Part shown: positions 1 to 13,754 of the stretch, piece by piece
Numbering within the stretch: position 1 is the first letter of the stretch
Layout: the number at the start of each line of letters is the position of its first letter
NCBI RefSeq assembly: GCF_002113885.1
Contig: NW_018407219.1
Coordinates: 649,218-713,217, forward strand
Length of the DNA: 64,000 bases
Source of the DNA: Mizuhopecten yessoensis
Lineage: Eukaryota
Reading direction: 5' to 3'
The notes under the pieces: generated by a model
Seen by the model: only the letters and a program-made list of their open reading frames with translations
Databases searched by the model: none
What the model was told of the DNA's origin: nothing
Translations under genes and position numbers: made by a program

Positions 1-99
1 ATAACTTGTCCACACTGTTGGAATGACTTCTTTGCCCCATATATAAGTATATATATATATGATGACCCGCTCCCCTTTATTTAACTTAGATATAACTAT

Positions 100-380
100 G
101 TAGCACAGTTCTGCCAGGACAGTTCTATTTACCAGGTAAGTCAGTTGATTTGACTGTCTGTAAAGAGCTCTGAGGTTCTCAGTTTGAATCCCAGTCCGGC
201 CTTGTTACATTTATCTTTACACTCGAGGGGGGATGGATCGAGACACAGCGTCCCTTATAAGTTAACCTCAGTACTGTTCTGACAATTCCTGCCTTGGATA
301 CTTCCGTTATACAGAGTCCCTCGTTAAAATATCACGAATGAATGCCGTAGGACAGTAGGACAACACAGAGGTATATTCCA
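100..380 (+). mobile_element. Degenerate tRNA-headed interspersed repeat (SINE-like); body shared with 42761-42907
   Basis: A/B-box-like remnants (AGTCAGTTG ... GTTTGAATCCC, ~158-192), then blocks GAGACACAGCGTCCCTTATA, TATACAGAGTCCC and G(T/C)ATATTC that recur in the same order at 42778-42907. Confidence 0.45.
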
Positions 381-920
381 ATTATCTGAATTTAATGGAG
401 ATGCTGACAGTGCTAACCAACCCTGCACATTCGACCCAGAGTGCTCCAAGGTTACGCTGTTAGAATTCACATCCTGTTTACTGATATTACTTTTGTGTCT
501 TTCTGCAGCCCTGATATATGTTATACTTGTGTGACACTGTAAATAATGACAAATAAAACATTATTCTCAACTATAAGTGTATACTGGCAAATCTAAATCA
601 CAGAATGAATGACAACACAGTCAATTCCATGCTTGATCATGCTGGTTCTGGTTAGAAAAAGATTAACCTGACCTTGTGGAAATGATTTAAAAGAAAGTTT
701 AGGAAATGCATGCAGGGCTGAGAGATAAAAATACTCCAGGAAAACAAACCTTCATATTACCCTACCACACATGGCCTATTTAAGTAATATTAGTATTAAC
801 TATCATGGTTACATGTAGTTAAAAAACACAAAGACTCAATCAAGTTTATTTTCTAAAATGACAAAATAAGTTTAAAATATCAGCCTAATAATATTATTGG
901 TATGGTGAAAATTTCATTAA

Positions 921-2396
921 GGTGGCTCCACACTTTCGCAATTAACCAGCAAAATACGTTGAAACTTTCATATAATGGTTATGCAACTATGCAGAGTTGA
1001 TTTTATGAAAATCTAAACACTCCGATAGTTTTTTAGCTCCGAAAAAATACCAAAAAATTGAATTTTCGTCAATTTTAATATTTTCCGTTTTTTGTGTGTG
1101 TGACATTGTTCGGGACAATTACAACAATAATAAAATGAAAAGAAGCATTTCTAATTAACCCTACAAATATTTTATTTATCGCAAAATATGTAACATATGT
1201 TACACAATGTGTTTTTTATTGAATTTGTACGGATAAAAGTGATTATCTACAAGCTAAAAGCAAACAGGACACAAAGATCTATACATATAGAATGGGAAAT
1301 TGAACAAAATATACACAATGGCTTTATAATTAATTTATTTTACATTTTACAATTACTTCCATCCGGGTGAGAGTTATCTTCCTTGAAAAAAATCTGAACT
1401 TTTTGCAGAGGGGTGACATTTACACAATGACAGTTGTCCCTGTTTACATATAACAAAAATGATGGAAATAAATCAAAACTATGATATCAAAATTATCAAT
1501 GTATTGTTCTTTAATGGAACCAAATTACCCTCAGTCATGTACACTTTGGACATCATTCCACAGTCCGCTAACTCACAGTATATTTATAATTACATGTCAG
1601 GTACATATGTGACCAGAGGCTATCGCATGGTATGCCGTTCTCACGTGCACTCACACATGCATTTCATAGGTATCTTGATATTTTACAAAACATTATTTTC
1701 ACAGAGTAAGTAGACTACATTTGTAAACACGATTAAATCGACAGAGCGAAACTCCCTCAACAGCGAAAATCGTAACGACCTCAAGCTTATGAACTCGTGT
1801 TGCATATGTGAGGTCGGTACGTCCGCATTCCATGCGTTTCCTATATGACCTTCTTGAGGTCGTTAGGTCTCATGTCACTGTCTTCCCGTGAGTCTGTTTA
1901 TGTCTATGAATTTGAAAGCTTTATTCCTGAAGTACGTGTGATTAGACATTTCCCGGTAAAATCTGGATATCGGGTGTTGACATATCATCGGCACGCACAT
2001 GTACTATTGTTTACCAGGGTCCTGTTCGTTTATGCGGAGCAACCGGTTTGACCGTTTATAAATGTAACAATTTCGGGTATAAATCCTGGCGGACCTGCAA
2101 ATGTGTATGCAGGCCTTGCAAGGCTTTCTCAAGGCTCGTCTAAAAGCAGCATCAGATTACCAGGTCTGACCTTATTTAATAAACGAACAACAGTGGTCCG
2201 ATCGGTTTGACCGTTTAAACGAAAACGGCCCAGGTGTTACTATAATTTGCACTACGATATTGAATGCCCGATACGCCATACGGAAATGACGACACGGTGT
2301 ACATGCACATTTCGATAAAGATAATGGAGTCCGAGCTGTACTTTTTCCGGAAGTACGTCACAAAAATGGACGCTGATGACGATGTGTGGAGACACC
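921..2396. mobile_element. Non-autonomous DNA transposon, Kolobok-like (TTAA TSD)
   Basis: TTAA at 917-920 and 2397-2400; termini GGTGGCTCCACAC / GTGTGGAGACACC (13-bp TIR, 1 mismatch); no transposase ORF. Confidence 0.75.
2018..2230. mobile_element. PIF/Harbinger-like MITE nested in the Kolobok-like element
   Basis: CAG at 2015-2017 and 2231-2233 (3-bp CWG-type TSD); imperfect TIR GGTCCTGTTCGTTTA / TAAACGAAAACGGCC; subterminal CGGTTTGACCGTTTA near both ends. Confidence 0.6.
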
Positions 2397-2512
2397 TTAA
2401 GGAAAATACAATTTTTGTTCTAAATTTTATGTTTTTCTCTTTAGTGCTGCTAACACACTACCTTAGAGTAAAATGAGATGTCTAATTTCTAGCCACTTTC
2501 TACATTTTGAAA

Positions 2513-3772
2513 CTGTTCTCAGCTACACCAAGACTAATGTTACAGACACCTGTCCTCAGCTACACCCAGATTGATGTTACAGTCACCTGTCCTCAGCTAC
2601 ACCCAGATTGATGTTCCAGACACCTGTCCTCAGCTACACCCAGACTGACGTTACAGACACCTGTCATCAGCTACACCCAGGCTAATGTTACAGACACCTG
2701 TCCTCAGCTACCCCCAGATTGATGTTACAGACACCTGTCCTCAGCTACCCCCAGATTGATGTTACAGACACCTGTCCTCAGCTACGCCCAGACTAAACAT
2801 GTAACAGACACCTGTCCTCAGCTACACCCAGACTGATGTTACGGACACCTGTCATCAGCTACACCCAGACTGATGTTACAGACTCCTGTCCTCAGCGACA
2901 CCCAGACTGATGTTACAGACACCTGTCATAAGCTACACCCAGACTAATGTTACAGACACCTATCCTCAGCTACACCCAGATTGATGTTACAGACACCTGT
3001 CATCAGCTACACCCAGACTGATGTTACAGACTCCTGTCCTCAGCGACACCCAGACTGATGTTACAGACACCTGTTCTCAGCTACACCCATACTGATGTTA
3101 CAGACACCTGTCCTCAGCTACGCCCAGACTAAACATGTTACAGACACCTGTCCTCAGCTACGCCCAGACTAAACATGTTACAGACACCTGCCCTCAGCTA
3201 CACCCAGACTGATGTTACAGACTCCTGTCATCAGCTACACCCAGCCTGATGTTACAGACACCTGTCCTCAGCTACGCCCAGACTAAACATGTAACAGACA
3301 CCTGTCCTCAGCTACACCCAGATTGATGTTACAGTCACCTGTCCTCAGCTACACCCAGATTGATGTTCCAGACACCTGTCCTCAGCTACACCCAGACTGA
3401 CGTTACAGACACCTGTCATCAGCTACACCCAGACTAATGTTACAGACTCCCGTCCTCAGCTACACCCAGACTAAACATGTTACAGACACCTGTCCTCAGC
3501 TACACCAAGACTAATGTTACAGACACCTGTCCTCAGCTACCCCCAGATTGATGTTACAGACATCTGTCCTCAGCTACACCCAGACTGATGTAACAGACAC
3601 CTGTCCTCAGCTACACCCAGACTTATGTTACAGACACCTGTCCTCAGCTACACCTAGACTAAACATGTTACAGACACCTGTCCTCAGCTACGCCCAGACT
3701 AAACATGTAACAGACACCTGTCCTCAGCTACACCCAGACTGATGTTACAGACACCTGTCCTCAGCTACACCC
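2513..3772. repeat. Minisatellite, 37/40-bp unit ACAGACACCTGTCCTCAGCTACACCCAGACTGATGTT, ~33 copies
   Basis: Tandem periodicity read directly; 40-bp variant carries CTAAACATG. Confidence 0.97.
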
Positions 3773-6725
3773 CCTGGTGACTGGATGAATCTTGATGTGT
3801 TTAGTCATGATCTCTTCCTCCGTTCTAGAAAAATAGTGGTAACAAACTTGATACATAAACTCAAAGACAGCTGCTAGGTGGTCCTTGTGCTTTTCTGGTT
3901 CAACTCAAATTTCCACATGAATAAAAAAAATCCAGAATGACTGCCTGGCAATAATTTTGTCTTTTCAATCCATTTGAAAATAAATTTATAATTCACAACT
4001 GAGGACCAAAGGACCATACACACAAAGTTTCATCACAATCTCTCCAGTAGCATCTGAGAAATAGCAGTAACAAAATTTCTTTACAGACTAAGTACTATCT
4101 TTTTAGCAGTTTCTGAGAAATAACTCGTTTATTTGTCATAAACTACTTAAGGTATCTTGACTGATGGATACCAGACCATGGAAGAGAACTGATTTGGACA
4201 GCTCACCATCTGAAAATGGTGGGCTACAAATAATGAGAATACTTCAGAATCTCAAGTCTGTTTGAATGTGGTTGTTCTCAAACCTGTTTCTTTTTTAAAA
4301 AAAATTTGAAATCAATTTATAAAAAACACATTCTTTACCGATTGTGAATGAAAGAGGTGTTCAGTATTACTAACAACGTGGTTATAAAGGTATTTTCAAA
4401 TCAACTCTTGAATTTTTTGTTCAGCATTTTAAATTGTCTGCTCTATTGCACCATTCAGGAAGAAGATTGCAACAATTGGATGTTTTTCTTCCTTTGGCTT
4501 CAGAAGTGTATTAGCAGCTCATTACAAACTCTTCTAGTGGTATGATCACCGTCAAGGTCCTGGCCTACAGAATAAATGATGTTCTGATGGAAAAGCAGTC
4601 TGTTCAATTCTTAAGTTTTGAAAACAAATTACTTTAGAGTTCCAGGCTGCATGCCTCTAGCTGTTAAAAAAAACAATTTCTTGCTTAAAAAAAGAAATTT
4701 GTGTACATGCTTTCAATCTCAGAACATCCCAAAGGTTTAAGAGAGTCATTTCATTCACAGAACAATAGCATTACTCATCCTTTAAACACAAACAACCAAT
4801 TGTTATCATAAATATAGAAAGAACTGGAACTGAAAAATAATCCCCAAGGTATTTTGCAAATTAGTCATTTCAAGATTGGTTTTAAAACTCTAAACCATGG
4901 CTTGGCAAATTAAACCTCCTCTTTTTGGTGTGTGAAATGTTATAAAACGATCATGTTAATCTCTTTTTGATACAGTCGAAAATCCAATCATAACAGACCA
5001 GATCATAAGCTGACCAGTGGTACATTAGTCATTTTGATATTCTTCAGTAGCTCATCTATATATATATACTAACTTGATATCATATATCTAGCCCTTTGCC
5101 TCCTGCTTGTGCTGCTCCTTGATCTGATGAAAGGACCCTTCTTGTTAGTGTGAATCAAACCAATTAATGACCAATGGTGAAACAGGAAAAGGGCGGCCAT
5201 ATTACCTTTCCTGGGACAGCCTTTGTAGAGACAAGACTGGTTACTGACCTGTATCTGAATACCTATCAAAGACCATCACACAATAACCTAATGCTGGCTA
5301 TAGTTTTCCTGAAATTAGTATCTTGAAAAATAACACAGTGTTTAATTTTGTCTGGTCTAACCATATCAGCTCCTGACCAGATGAAAGTTATAACCTGATG
5401 TCATTGTTTTCACCTAACAATCAGCAATATGACCAGATTTGACAACCAGAGAGATTGATGGTAGAATGCATTATATACCACATAAAACACTGATTTTCTT
5501 ACCAACAGAAAAGATAAGTTTGAAATTATTTTCCTTTAATATGTTTCATCTCATCTTTGTGTCATGTACTATATAGGTTCAACCCTTTGATTTTTCTCAG
5601 CACAGAAGCTACAGTTAAACCACTATTATATAAACATCTACATAACAAGTGGTTATGTAGATGTAAAAGTCCTACATTTTTCACCTCACAATACAAGTAC
5701 AAGTACTCATTAATATAATTACATAACTTAATTATAACTTTTCTCTCCTGACTTATCTACGTCCGCTTCATCAGCTATATCACATTGAAGTATTTAGTAT
5801 AAACAGAAAACGCCTACACTAGATAGATGTATACTTATTTCAAAACCTGTTAAGCAAAACAAAAATATAAGCAATTAACCTTCATGTGGGAGGAGTCCCT
5901 CAGGACAAAAACTCTATCAAAACAGTAATCCTGGAGTGTGTTTGTGTGTTTTTTATCCATGTCATTTACCAAAGGATAAAAACCGTTATACAATGTATAT
6001 AGGTGAAAGATTTGTGAGCACGATGGGAGTCAGAGTAATACCAAACGCCAACATAGTAATGGTTCCTGACAAAACACACTAGTCACTAGCCAACGTCATA
6101 AACACCACTGGAATTACACTGGCCTCAGAGCTGGAGTGTGGTCAGACAAAACTCCTCCTCACTGTATGATTAATATTCCTCTATTTCATATAATTGTGAT
6201 AATCAACAAGGAAGGAAGGAACTTTTTTGCTGATGAGGTCGCCGTCGACATAAGAACTTCCGATCCCCTTGGATCACACTCATTATTTTGTCCCACTTGT
6301 GACCCACTCATTATTCTACACTTTCACACAGAGACTTTGATCAACAGCAGACTAAATTGTAAACGTGTCGGGTACCAGTCTCCTCATTGATAACATGGTC
6401 AGCCATGGTCAGCATTTAGACATTTTTCCTGAAGTAATATATCTGTACCTATAGATTAGGGATATCACTATTCCACAGTTGGTATGGTAGAAATAGGTGC
6501 CAGGTATTTGGAATATGCAAATCAAAAGAGTGTCAACAAGGACTAATTTGACAATTTTCAAAGGGAACAAAAAATATGTATTTGACTCCAAATCTGAAAA
6601 AAATATTTCTGACTATACATTTAATTGATTCTCTATTTTCAACAAGAATTGTAGGTTAACTAATATAATACCTAATCAGCTTACAAATTATATTGCTGAA
6701 CAAGTCTACTCCAATGTGCAGTTAT

Positions 6726-7443
6726 AACAAGAGGCTCATAGGGCCTGTAATCGCTCACCTGGATATCTAAGCAATCATGGCAGAATATTCTCCAAATGAG
6801 ATTCAAGGGAAAATGCCAGACCCCAAGGCCAATCCTTGTAGCATATATATCTGTACTCGATTTTTCATGTCCAGCAATTTTATGAATGGTTATGGGTTGG
6901 GGATTTCAATTGTTTCCAAGCTGTGACTCAGAAACTAGGTCCCTACGGTTGTGGCCAGGCCCCGGGAGCAATTCTAATATCATGACTGCATTTGTCTCTT
7001 TTTGCCCAGCATTTGTATATATAGTTTTAGCATGGGGATCTCAACCGTTTCAAAGTTATGACCCAGGGGTTAAGTCTGCAAGGGTGGGGCAGTCCCCAAG
7101 GCCATCCTGGAAGCATATGTGCATTCATCTCTTTATACTCAGCAATTGTCTATATGGTTATAGGGTGGGGATCTCAACTGTTTCCAAGCTGCGACTAAGA
7201 AACTAGGTCCCTAGGGGTTCGGTCAGACCCCAGGGTCTATTCTAATATCCTGACTGCATTTGTCTCTTTATGACCAGCATTTGTATATATAATTTTGGGT
7301 GGGGATCTCAGCCGTTTTAAAGTTAAATTCCAATCAGTGGTTAAGAAGAAGAAGTCGTTTAAAGAAAGTGTTGACGGACGGACGACGGATGCCACGGTAT
7401 GGCATAAACTCACCTTGGTCCTTCGGACCAGGAGAGCTAATAA
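6726..7443 (-). mobile_element. Helentron-associated interspersed element (HINE), copy 1
   Basis: Sub-TIR GCTCACCTG / CAGGAGAGC, hairpin GGTCCTTCGGACC, (GACG)n microsatellite near 7374-7390, ~134-bp internal tandem repeats (GGATCTCA-type blocks at ~6901, 7036, 7169, 7303), AACAAGAG terminus. Confidence 0.75.
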
Positions 7444-7730
7444 GTGATGGCATTGTGTAGTTGGTTTCATAAAATCTTATAAATAATATTTTGGATCTAA
7501 TGTAAATGTATTTCAGAATGAATAAGACAATTACCAAAGATTTCACAAAAGGGGCATAACTCCCATAAAATAGCTGGATTAAAAAAAAAATGCAGATGCA
7601 CAACTTAAGGGTGTGGCAACCATATCTATTGAGTTTCCCAAATTTAGGATGAAAACTATATGAATAGTAGTAGGTGATGATATCAATGGCTTAGATTTTT
7701 TGTAAAAGGGCCATAAATACCCATGTCAAT

Positions 7731-8362
7731 AAACAAGAGACCAAGAGGGCCTGTATCGCTCACCTGGATATCTAAGCAATCATGGCAAAATATTCTCCAA
7801 ACAAGATCCCAGGGATAGGGCCAGACCCCAATGCCAATCCTTGTATCATATCTGTATTAGATTTTTCATGCCCAGCAATTGTATGTATGCATGGTTAAGG
7901 GGTGGGGATCTTAACTCTTTCAAAGTTGTGACTCAGACACTAGCTAGGTCACTGTCAGGGGTTGTGGCCAGACTCCAGGGTCAAATCCAATATCATGGCT
8001 GCATTCATCTCTTTATGCCCAGCAATTACATATATAGTTTTGGGGTGGGGATCTCAACCATTTCCAAATTATGATCCAGAAACTAGGTCCCTAAGGTTGT
8101 GGTCAGACCTAAATGTCAGTGCTAACATCATGATTGTGTTTGTTCCTTTATATACCAAATAGGATTGATAGCCCGTGCATAGTTCTAGAGAAGATGTCGT
8201 TTATAGCAATATAGCCAAATTGCCCACTTTTGGCCCAGCCCCTCAGTCCCCTGGGGAGGTCAGCCCCACCATTTGTAAAATTTTGAATCCCCACTACCTA
8301 AGGATGCTTCCATTCAAATTCAGTTTAATTCCAATCTTGGTCCTTCGGACCAGGTGAGCTAA
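7731..8362 (-). mobile_element. HINE, copy 2 (same family as 6726-7443; microsatellite segment deleted)
   Basis: Near-identical AACAAGAG..GGGCCTGTATCGCTCACCTGGATATCTAAGCAATCATGGCA start and TTGGTCCTTCGGACCAGGTGAGCTAA end; CCAATC joined directly to TTGGTCC. Confidence 0.75.
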
Positions 8363-8655
8363 TAAAGTAAGCAGAGATACACCACTTCTGAGTATCAAAA
8401 AGGTATTCCACAAAATCCAAATGAAAACTATCGGAAAGGATTGTCAGAATGAGATTTCATTTGCAGACTGATAGACAAAGGGACGAACAGACAGACAACC
8501 TGATTCCAGTATTTAGGGATCCATTGACCTTTCCTTTATAATGAGGGCTGGGGGATGATAGGAATTACCTGGTAAAACGTTTTAATGGCCAAATGCCTTA
8601 ATTGACTTTTTAAATATTATTGTGATTTCACCACATTTGATAGCATTGCTACAAG

Positions 8656-9218
8656 ATTGAGGGGCCAGGCAATCCCTTTATTAGAATCCTCACTGCACAT
8701 AGATTGATGGGCCAGGCAATCCCTTTATTAAAATTGTCACTGCACATGGATTGAGGGACCAGGCAATCCCTTTATTAGAATCGTCACTGCACATGGATTG
8801 AGGGGCTAGGCAACGACCTTTTATTAAAATCCTCACTGCACATGGATTGAGGGCCTAGGCAATCCCTTTATTAAAATCCTCACTGCACATGGATTGAGGG
8901 GCCAGGCAATCCGTTTATCAAAACCCTTACTGCACATGAATTGAGGGGTCCAGGTAATCCCTTTATCAGAACCCTCACTGCACATGGATTTGGGGGCCAG
9001 ATAATCCCTTTATCAAAACCCTTACTGCACATGAATTGAGGGGTCCAGGTAATCCCTTTATCAGAACCCTCACTGCACATGGATTTGGGGGCCAGGTAAT
9101 CCCTTTATCAAAACCCTTACTGCACACGAATTGAGGGGTCCAGGTAATCCCTTTATCAGAACCCTCACTGCACATGGATTTGGGGGCCAGGTAATCCCTT
9201 TATCAAAACCCTTATTGC
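8656..9218. repeat. Minisatellite, 47-48-bp unit, ~12 copies; 3' half is a 95-bp dimer
   Basis: Unit GATTGAGGGGCCAGGCAATCCCTTTATTAGAATCCTCACTGCACAT; two variants alternate from ~8890. Confidence 0.95.
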
Positions 9219-10329
9219 AAGGTAACCCAAACTTTAAAAGGATGCAGGACATGGACAAACAAATCTCACTAGATGATTATAATGCTTGGAGACTCCTAGA
9301 AAGTCCTCAAGATGAATGGAGAAACATCCTTCAATCAAACAAAACACTTGAGGCCTGGTACCTTCAAAGTACACCCATTGAATGGCATCTGATGACATAA
9401 TATAGCGATGGGGTTGTCTGTCTCCCACAGACAATTTTACATCCCTCTCAACACTGTACCCACAATTCCTCTCAAGACTCTGACCTCAGAAGGGTATCAT
9501 ACTAATCCCGTCTTACATGAACGATAGGGTCAAAATCTCACAAACTTATCAGACAGGAGGTGAACATCAATTCTTCTGTGGGTATTCAATACCATTAATG
9601 TAGGAGAGTGAGTCACAAGCACTTCTAAGCCAATAGTTCTAGTGCCATTACGTCTTGCCTTCATCGATTCCTGTCTGTGTGTCAAGTTATAATTGATATG
9701 TTCATTCTATCATTAATCATTTACTGGAGGCATATTCTGTACATCAGATCTGTCTTTATGAAACAGTCACGCATTTGAATTTAAGTGAAACCTTTAACTG
9801 CAATGATTTGTCTTTTCTTTTTTAATTTCCTTTCTCTAACAGATATCAAGTTCAATTACTTGCAAACAGATAATAAAAAGTATGAACTTTTTAAAATTCT
9901 TTGATATAAATATCATAAGGAAAACAAAGCATTTAGAAATTACGTAATACTGTTAAGCTTTGCTGAAGGAATGCCTATCTCATAACAAGCAGGGCATTTT
10001 ACACTTTACAGTAATAGAGCGACTGATGTGTCATCTTCCATCCTTACATTGTAACCCTGGTGTAAAATGTCCGATCCTCGTGTCGGTCATTCAAAATTCT
10101 ATCATTTAATGACAAGAGGTAATCATTTACCTTTGTTCTATGACATCTCACAAGACAGTCTCAGAACATTGACAGCCTTGCACTTAAAGAGCACTGCACT
10201 TAATTCCGGAAACAGACAGGTAAATGCCTGTTGGAGATATGGCTAGACTTTGCCCTATAATTAGTCTAGGCAATCTAGCACATTGTTTTGAAACTAATTG
10301 CAACAGTAGCAATTTTAGCAAAGTGCAAT

Positions 10330-10394
10330 CAATAATACAACATTTATATCGTGCCCTATTTAATTTAGAAAATTTCTTTTAGAGTGCATTTACA
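10330..10394 (-). mobile_element. LINE (L2/CR1-clade-like) 3' tail remnant
   Basis: Reverse complement TGTAAATGCACTCT...GGCACGATATAAATGTTGTATTATT resembles the tail at 37607-37687. Confidence 0.4.
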
Positions 10395-10969
10395 GTACAT
10401 GAAAAATAATTGTTTGATAGGGTTTATATGCAAAGGAGAAAATTGTTGAAGGCGTATCATGATTACACCATCACAAATTATCATGATTGACCAATCAAAT
10501 GCTACATTACATCTCAGATAAATAAATATTGATCAGAATATATATTACCTGGTAACCACATTCATGTAAACCACTAAGGGAGACTACTGAGTACAGTTTT
10601 ACTATTGTGATAGACAGAATTACAATTAATAGTATACATGTATTGCAATTGTCATGACAAAAGGTTTGAAGTACATTTTTGTCATTTCTGTTAGATTTCA
10701 CTGTAAATTTATTATAAATATTATCAGTAACGAAATGATAACAGTATATATATTTTTATAAATTGTACGCAAGAAAATTATCTGTTTTCTCATCAACAGT
10801 AATATAATGAGCAGTTGGAGAATGAAAAACTGGTAGAAATATCCTGTGTGTAACATATGAACTGTAACTAAAAATACTGCATACTGTGACCAGCCATCAC
10901 TTGTTAGCAAAATGGCAACCACCATATATGATCCTTTTCAACATTTCAACCTAATTTTGTTGTATTACT

Positions 10970-12533
10970 TTGGCACAGCCCTGCTATCAATATATTATCT
11001 GGATGGAAATGTATAAATCAGTTCCAACACTGGCACAGCCCTACTATCAATATATTATCTGGATGGAAATGCTTACATCAGCTCCAACACTGGCACAGTC
11101 CTGCCATCAGTATATTATCTGCATGGAAATGTATACATTAGTTCCAACACTGGCACAGCCCTGCCATCAGTATATTATCTGGATGGAAATGTATACATCA
11201 GTTCCAACAATGGCAAAGCCCTGCCATCAGTATATTATCTGGATGGAAATGTTTACATCAGCTCCAACACTGGCACAGCCCTGCCATCAGTATATTATCT
11301 GGATGGAAATGTATACATCAGTTCCAACACTGGCACAGCCCTGCTATCAGTATATTATCTGGATGGAAATGTATACATCAGTTCCAACACTGGCACAGCC
11401 CTGCTATCAGTATATTATCTGGATGGAAATGTATACATCAGTTCCAACACTGGCACAGCCCTGCTATCAGTATATTATCTGGATGGAAATGTATACATCA
11501 GTTCCAACACTGGCACAGCCCTGCTATCAGTATATTATCTGGATGGAAATGTATACATCAGTTCCAACACTGGCACAGCCCTGCTATCAGTATATTATCT
11601 GGATGGAAATGTATACATCAGTTCCAACACTGGCACAGCCCTGCTATCAGTATATTATCTGGATGGAAATGTATACATCAGTTCCAACACTGGCACAGCC
11701 CTGCTATCAGTATATTATCTGGATGGAAATGTATACATCAGTTCCAACACTGGCACAGCCCTGCTATCAGTATATTATCTGGATGGAAATGTATACATCA
11801 GTTCCAACACTGGCACAGCCCTGCTATCAGTATATTATCTGGATGGAAATGTATACATCAGTTCCAACACTGGCACAGCCCTGCTATCAGTATATTATCT
11901 GGATGGAAATGTATACATCAGTTCCAACACTGGCACAGCCCTGCTATCAGTATATTATCTGGATGGAAATGTATACATCAGTTCCAACACTGGCACAGCC
12001 CTGCTATCAGTATATTATCTGGATGGAAATGTATACATCAGTTCCAACACTGGCACAGCCCTGCTATCAGTATATTATCTGGATGGAAATGTATACATCA
12101 GTTCCAACACTGGCACAGCCCTGCTATCAGTATATTATCTGGATGGAAATGTATACATCAGTTCCAACACTGGCACAGCCCTGCTATCAGTATATTATCT
12201 GGATGGAAATGTATACATCAGTTCCAACACTGGCACAGCCCTGCTATCAGTATATTATCTGGATGGAAATGTATACATCAGTTCCAACACTGGCACAGCC
12301 CTGCTATCAGTATATTATCTGGATGGAAATGTATACATCAGTTCCAACACTGGCACAGCCCTGCTATCAGTATATTATCTGGATGGAAATGTATACATCA
12401 GTTCCAACACTGGCACAGCCCTGCTATCAGTATATTATCTGGATGGAAATGTATACATCAGTTCCAACAATGGCACAGCCCTGCTATCAGTATATTATCT
12501 GGATGGAAATGTATACATCAGTTCCAACACTGG
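10970..12533. repeat. Minisatellite, 60-bp unit, ~26 copies; core copies identical
   Basis: Exact 60-bp period; variants confined to the first ~6 and last ~2 units; explains the 534-aa repetitive ORF. Confidence 0.98.
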
Positions 12534-13754
12534 TACCATATTGGAAAAAAAATGTGTTTTTCTACGACACTTAACGGCTGCAAGATCTTCAGAATAAACT
12601 GCCTTAATTACCGCAACTGTTAATTATTGACATTGTCATCAATCTGTTTTATGTTGAGAACAGATTTTGTCGTAACAATTAGTGTTCACGCTTGGTGTGG
12701 AGGTTTGTCTGTCACAAGTACCAGCATCACTGTTACTTTTAATTTGTATACAGTACAAAGGTTATCTATTTAGTGAAGAGTTTTTACTGTAGGATGCTTT
12801 CATCAATGTCCAGTCAGGATTGTGGTGTTTGTTACTGATGTATTTGTGAATTGTTACACACAAACAATAAATGACATTGTACTTTTTCTCTGTTGGTTTA
12901 TTATATAAATATAATGCCTCCATGCAGGCACTTTCCCTGTTATGTTATTGAATGATTGGAAATCTGAGCGGTCTGCCCAATACTTGAATTGAATGACAGG
13001 TGATCTGCACACTCCCTTGCATATATAATCTTGCCTCATTAGGCGTTAGTTTTGTACACAAGTTGCTGTATAGTTGCTGTGTATTTTTGGTTTTAATTTT
13101 TAAACTGCATTTTAATTAATTTTATTCCTGACCAATGAGTTTAAGTTACCAAGGGAACTTTCTATAGTGTAACATACAATTGCTATTGGGACTACCACTT
13201 TCACGATAAGTTGATCCCCTATCGACTTATCATTACACCACTATAAACAATATTTCTATTATATCTTAAGGAAGACATATAAAAAGGATTAAGGAAACCT
13301 CTGGGCAATATGCTTCATTTGCATAAATTCAATATGGCCACTGCATGAACATACCATTGCTCTAAGCTATTAGCTCAGCAATTTGAAGTGGTGAAATGGC
13401 TTTTTTGTCTCAGGAATAGATTTTAACTACTTTGAAATTGTATTTGATGGTTTAAATTTAATGACTGAAAATAGAACTGGGAAAAAGTGAATGTGGTACC
13501 CCCTTTAAAAGACGTTTTCTTGTGTGATAATGCTCTCAGCACTATACTTTGGATCTCAATAGGTTCTTTCTCTTTTCCTGATTCGCCTGTGAAATCTGCC
13601 ACCATAGCTGTTGGAAACATATTAAACAACAGACAAACACACTACATGTGTCTGTAGTATTATATTTTTAGAAAAAATGTAAATGGGGCAGCACAATGTT
13701 AGTACTCCCAAAACATTTCTTTTATGTAGTCATTGGGAGCAATTAAACCTTTTA

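Noticed and set aside
2513-3772. Hammerhead-like CUGA(G/U)GA-CAG-GUGU-CUG on the minus strand of each 37-bp unit
   Set aside because: Followed by UAAC (rarely GAAC) instead of GAAA, with no stem I/III pairing; not a viable core
9230-9400. Protein-looking tail of ORF 9131-9400
   Set aside because: No recognisable domain, weak splice acceptor, and the upstream part is minisatellite
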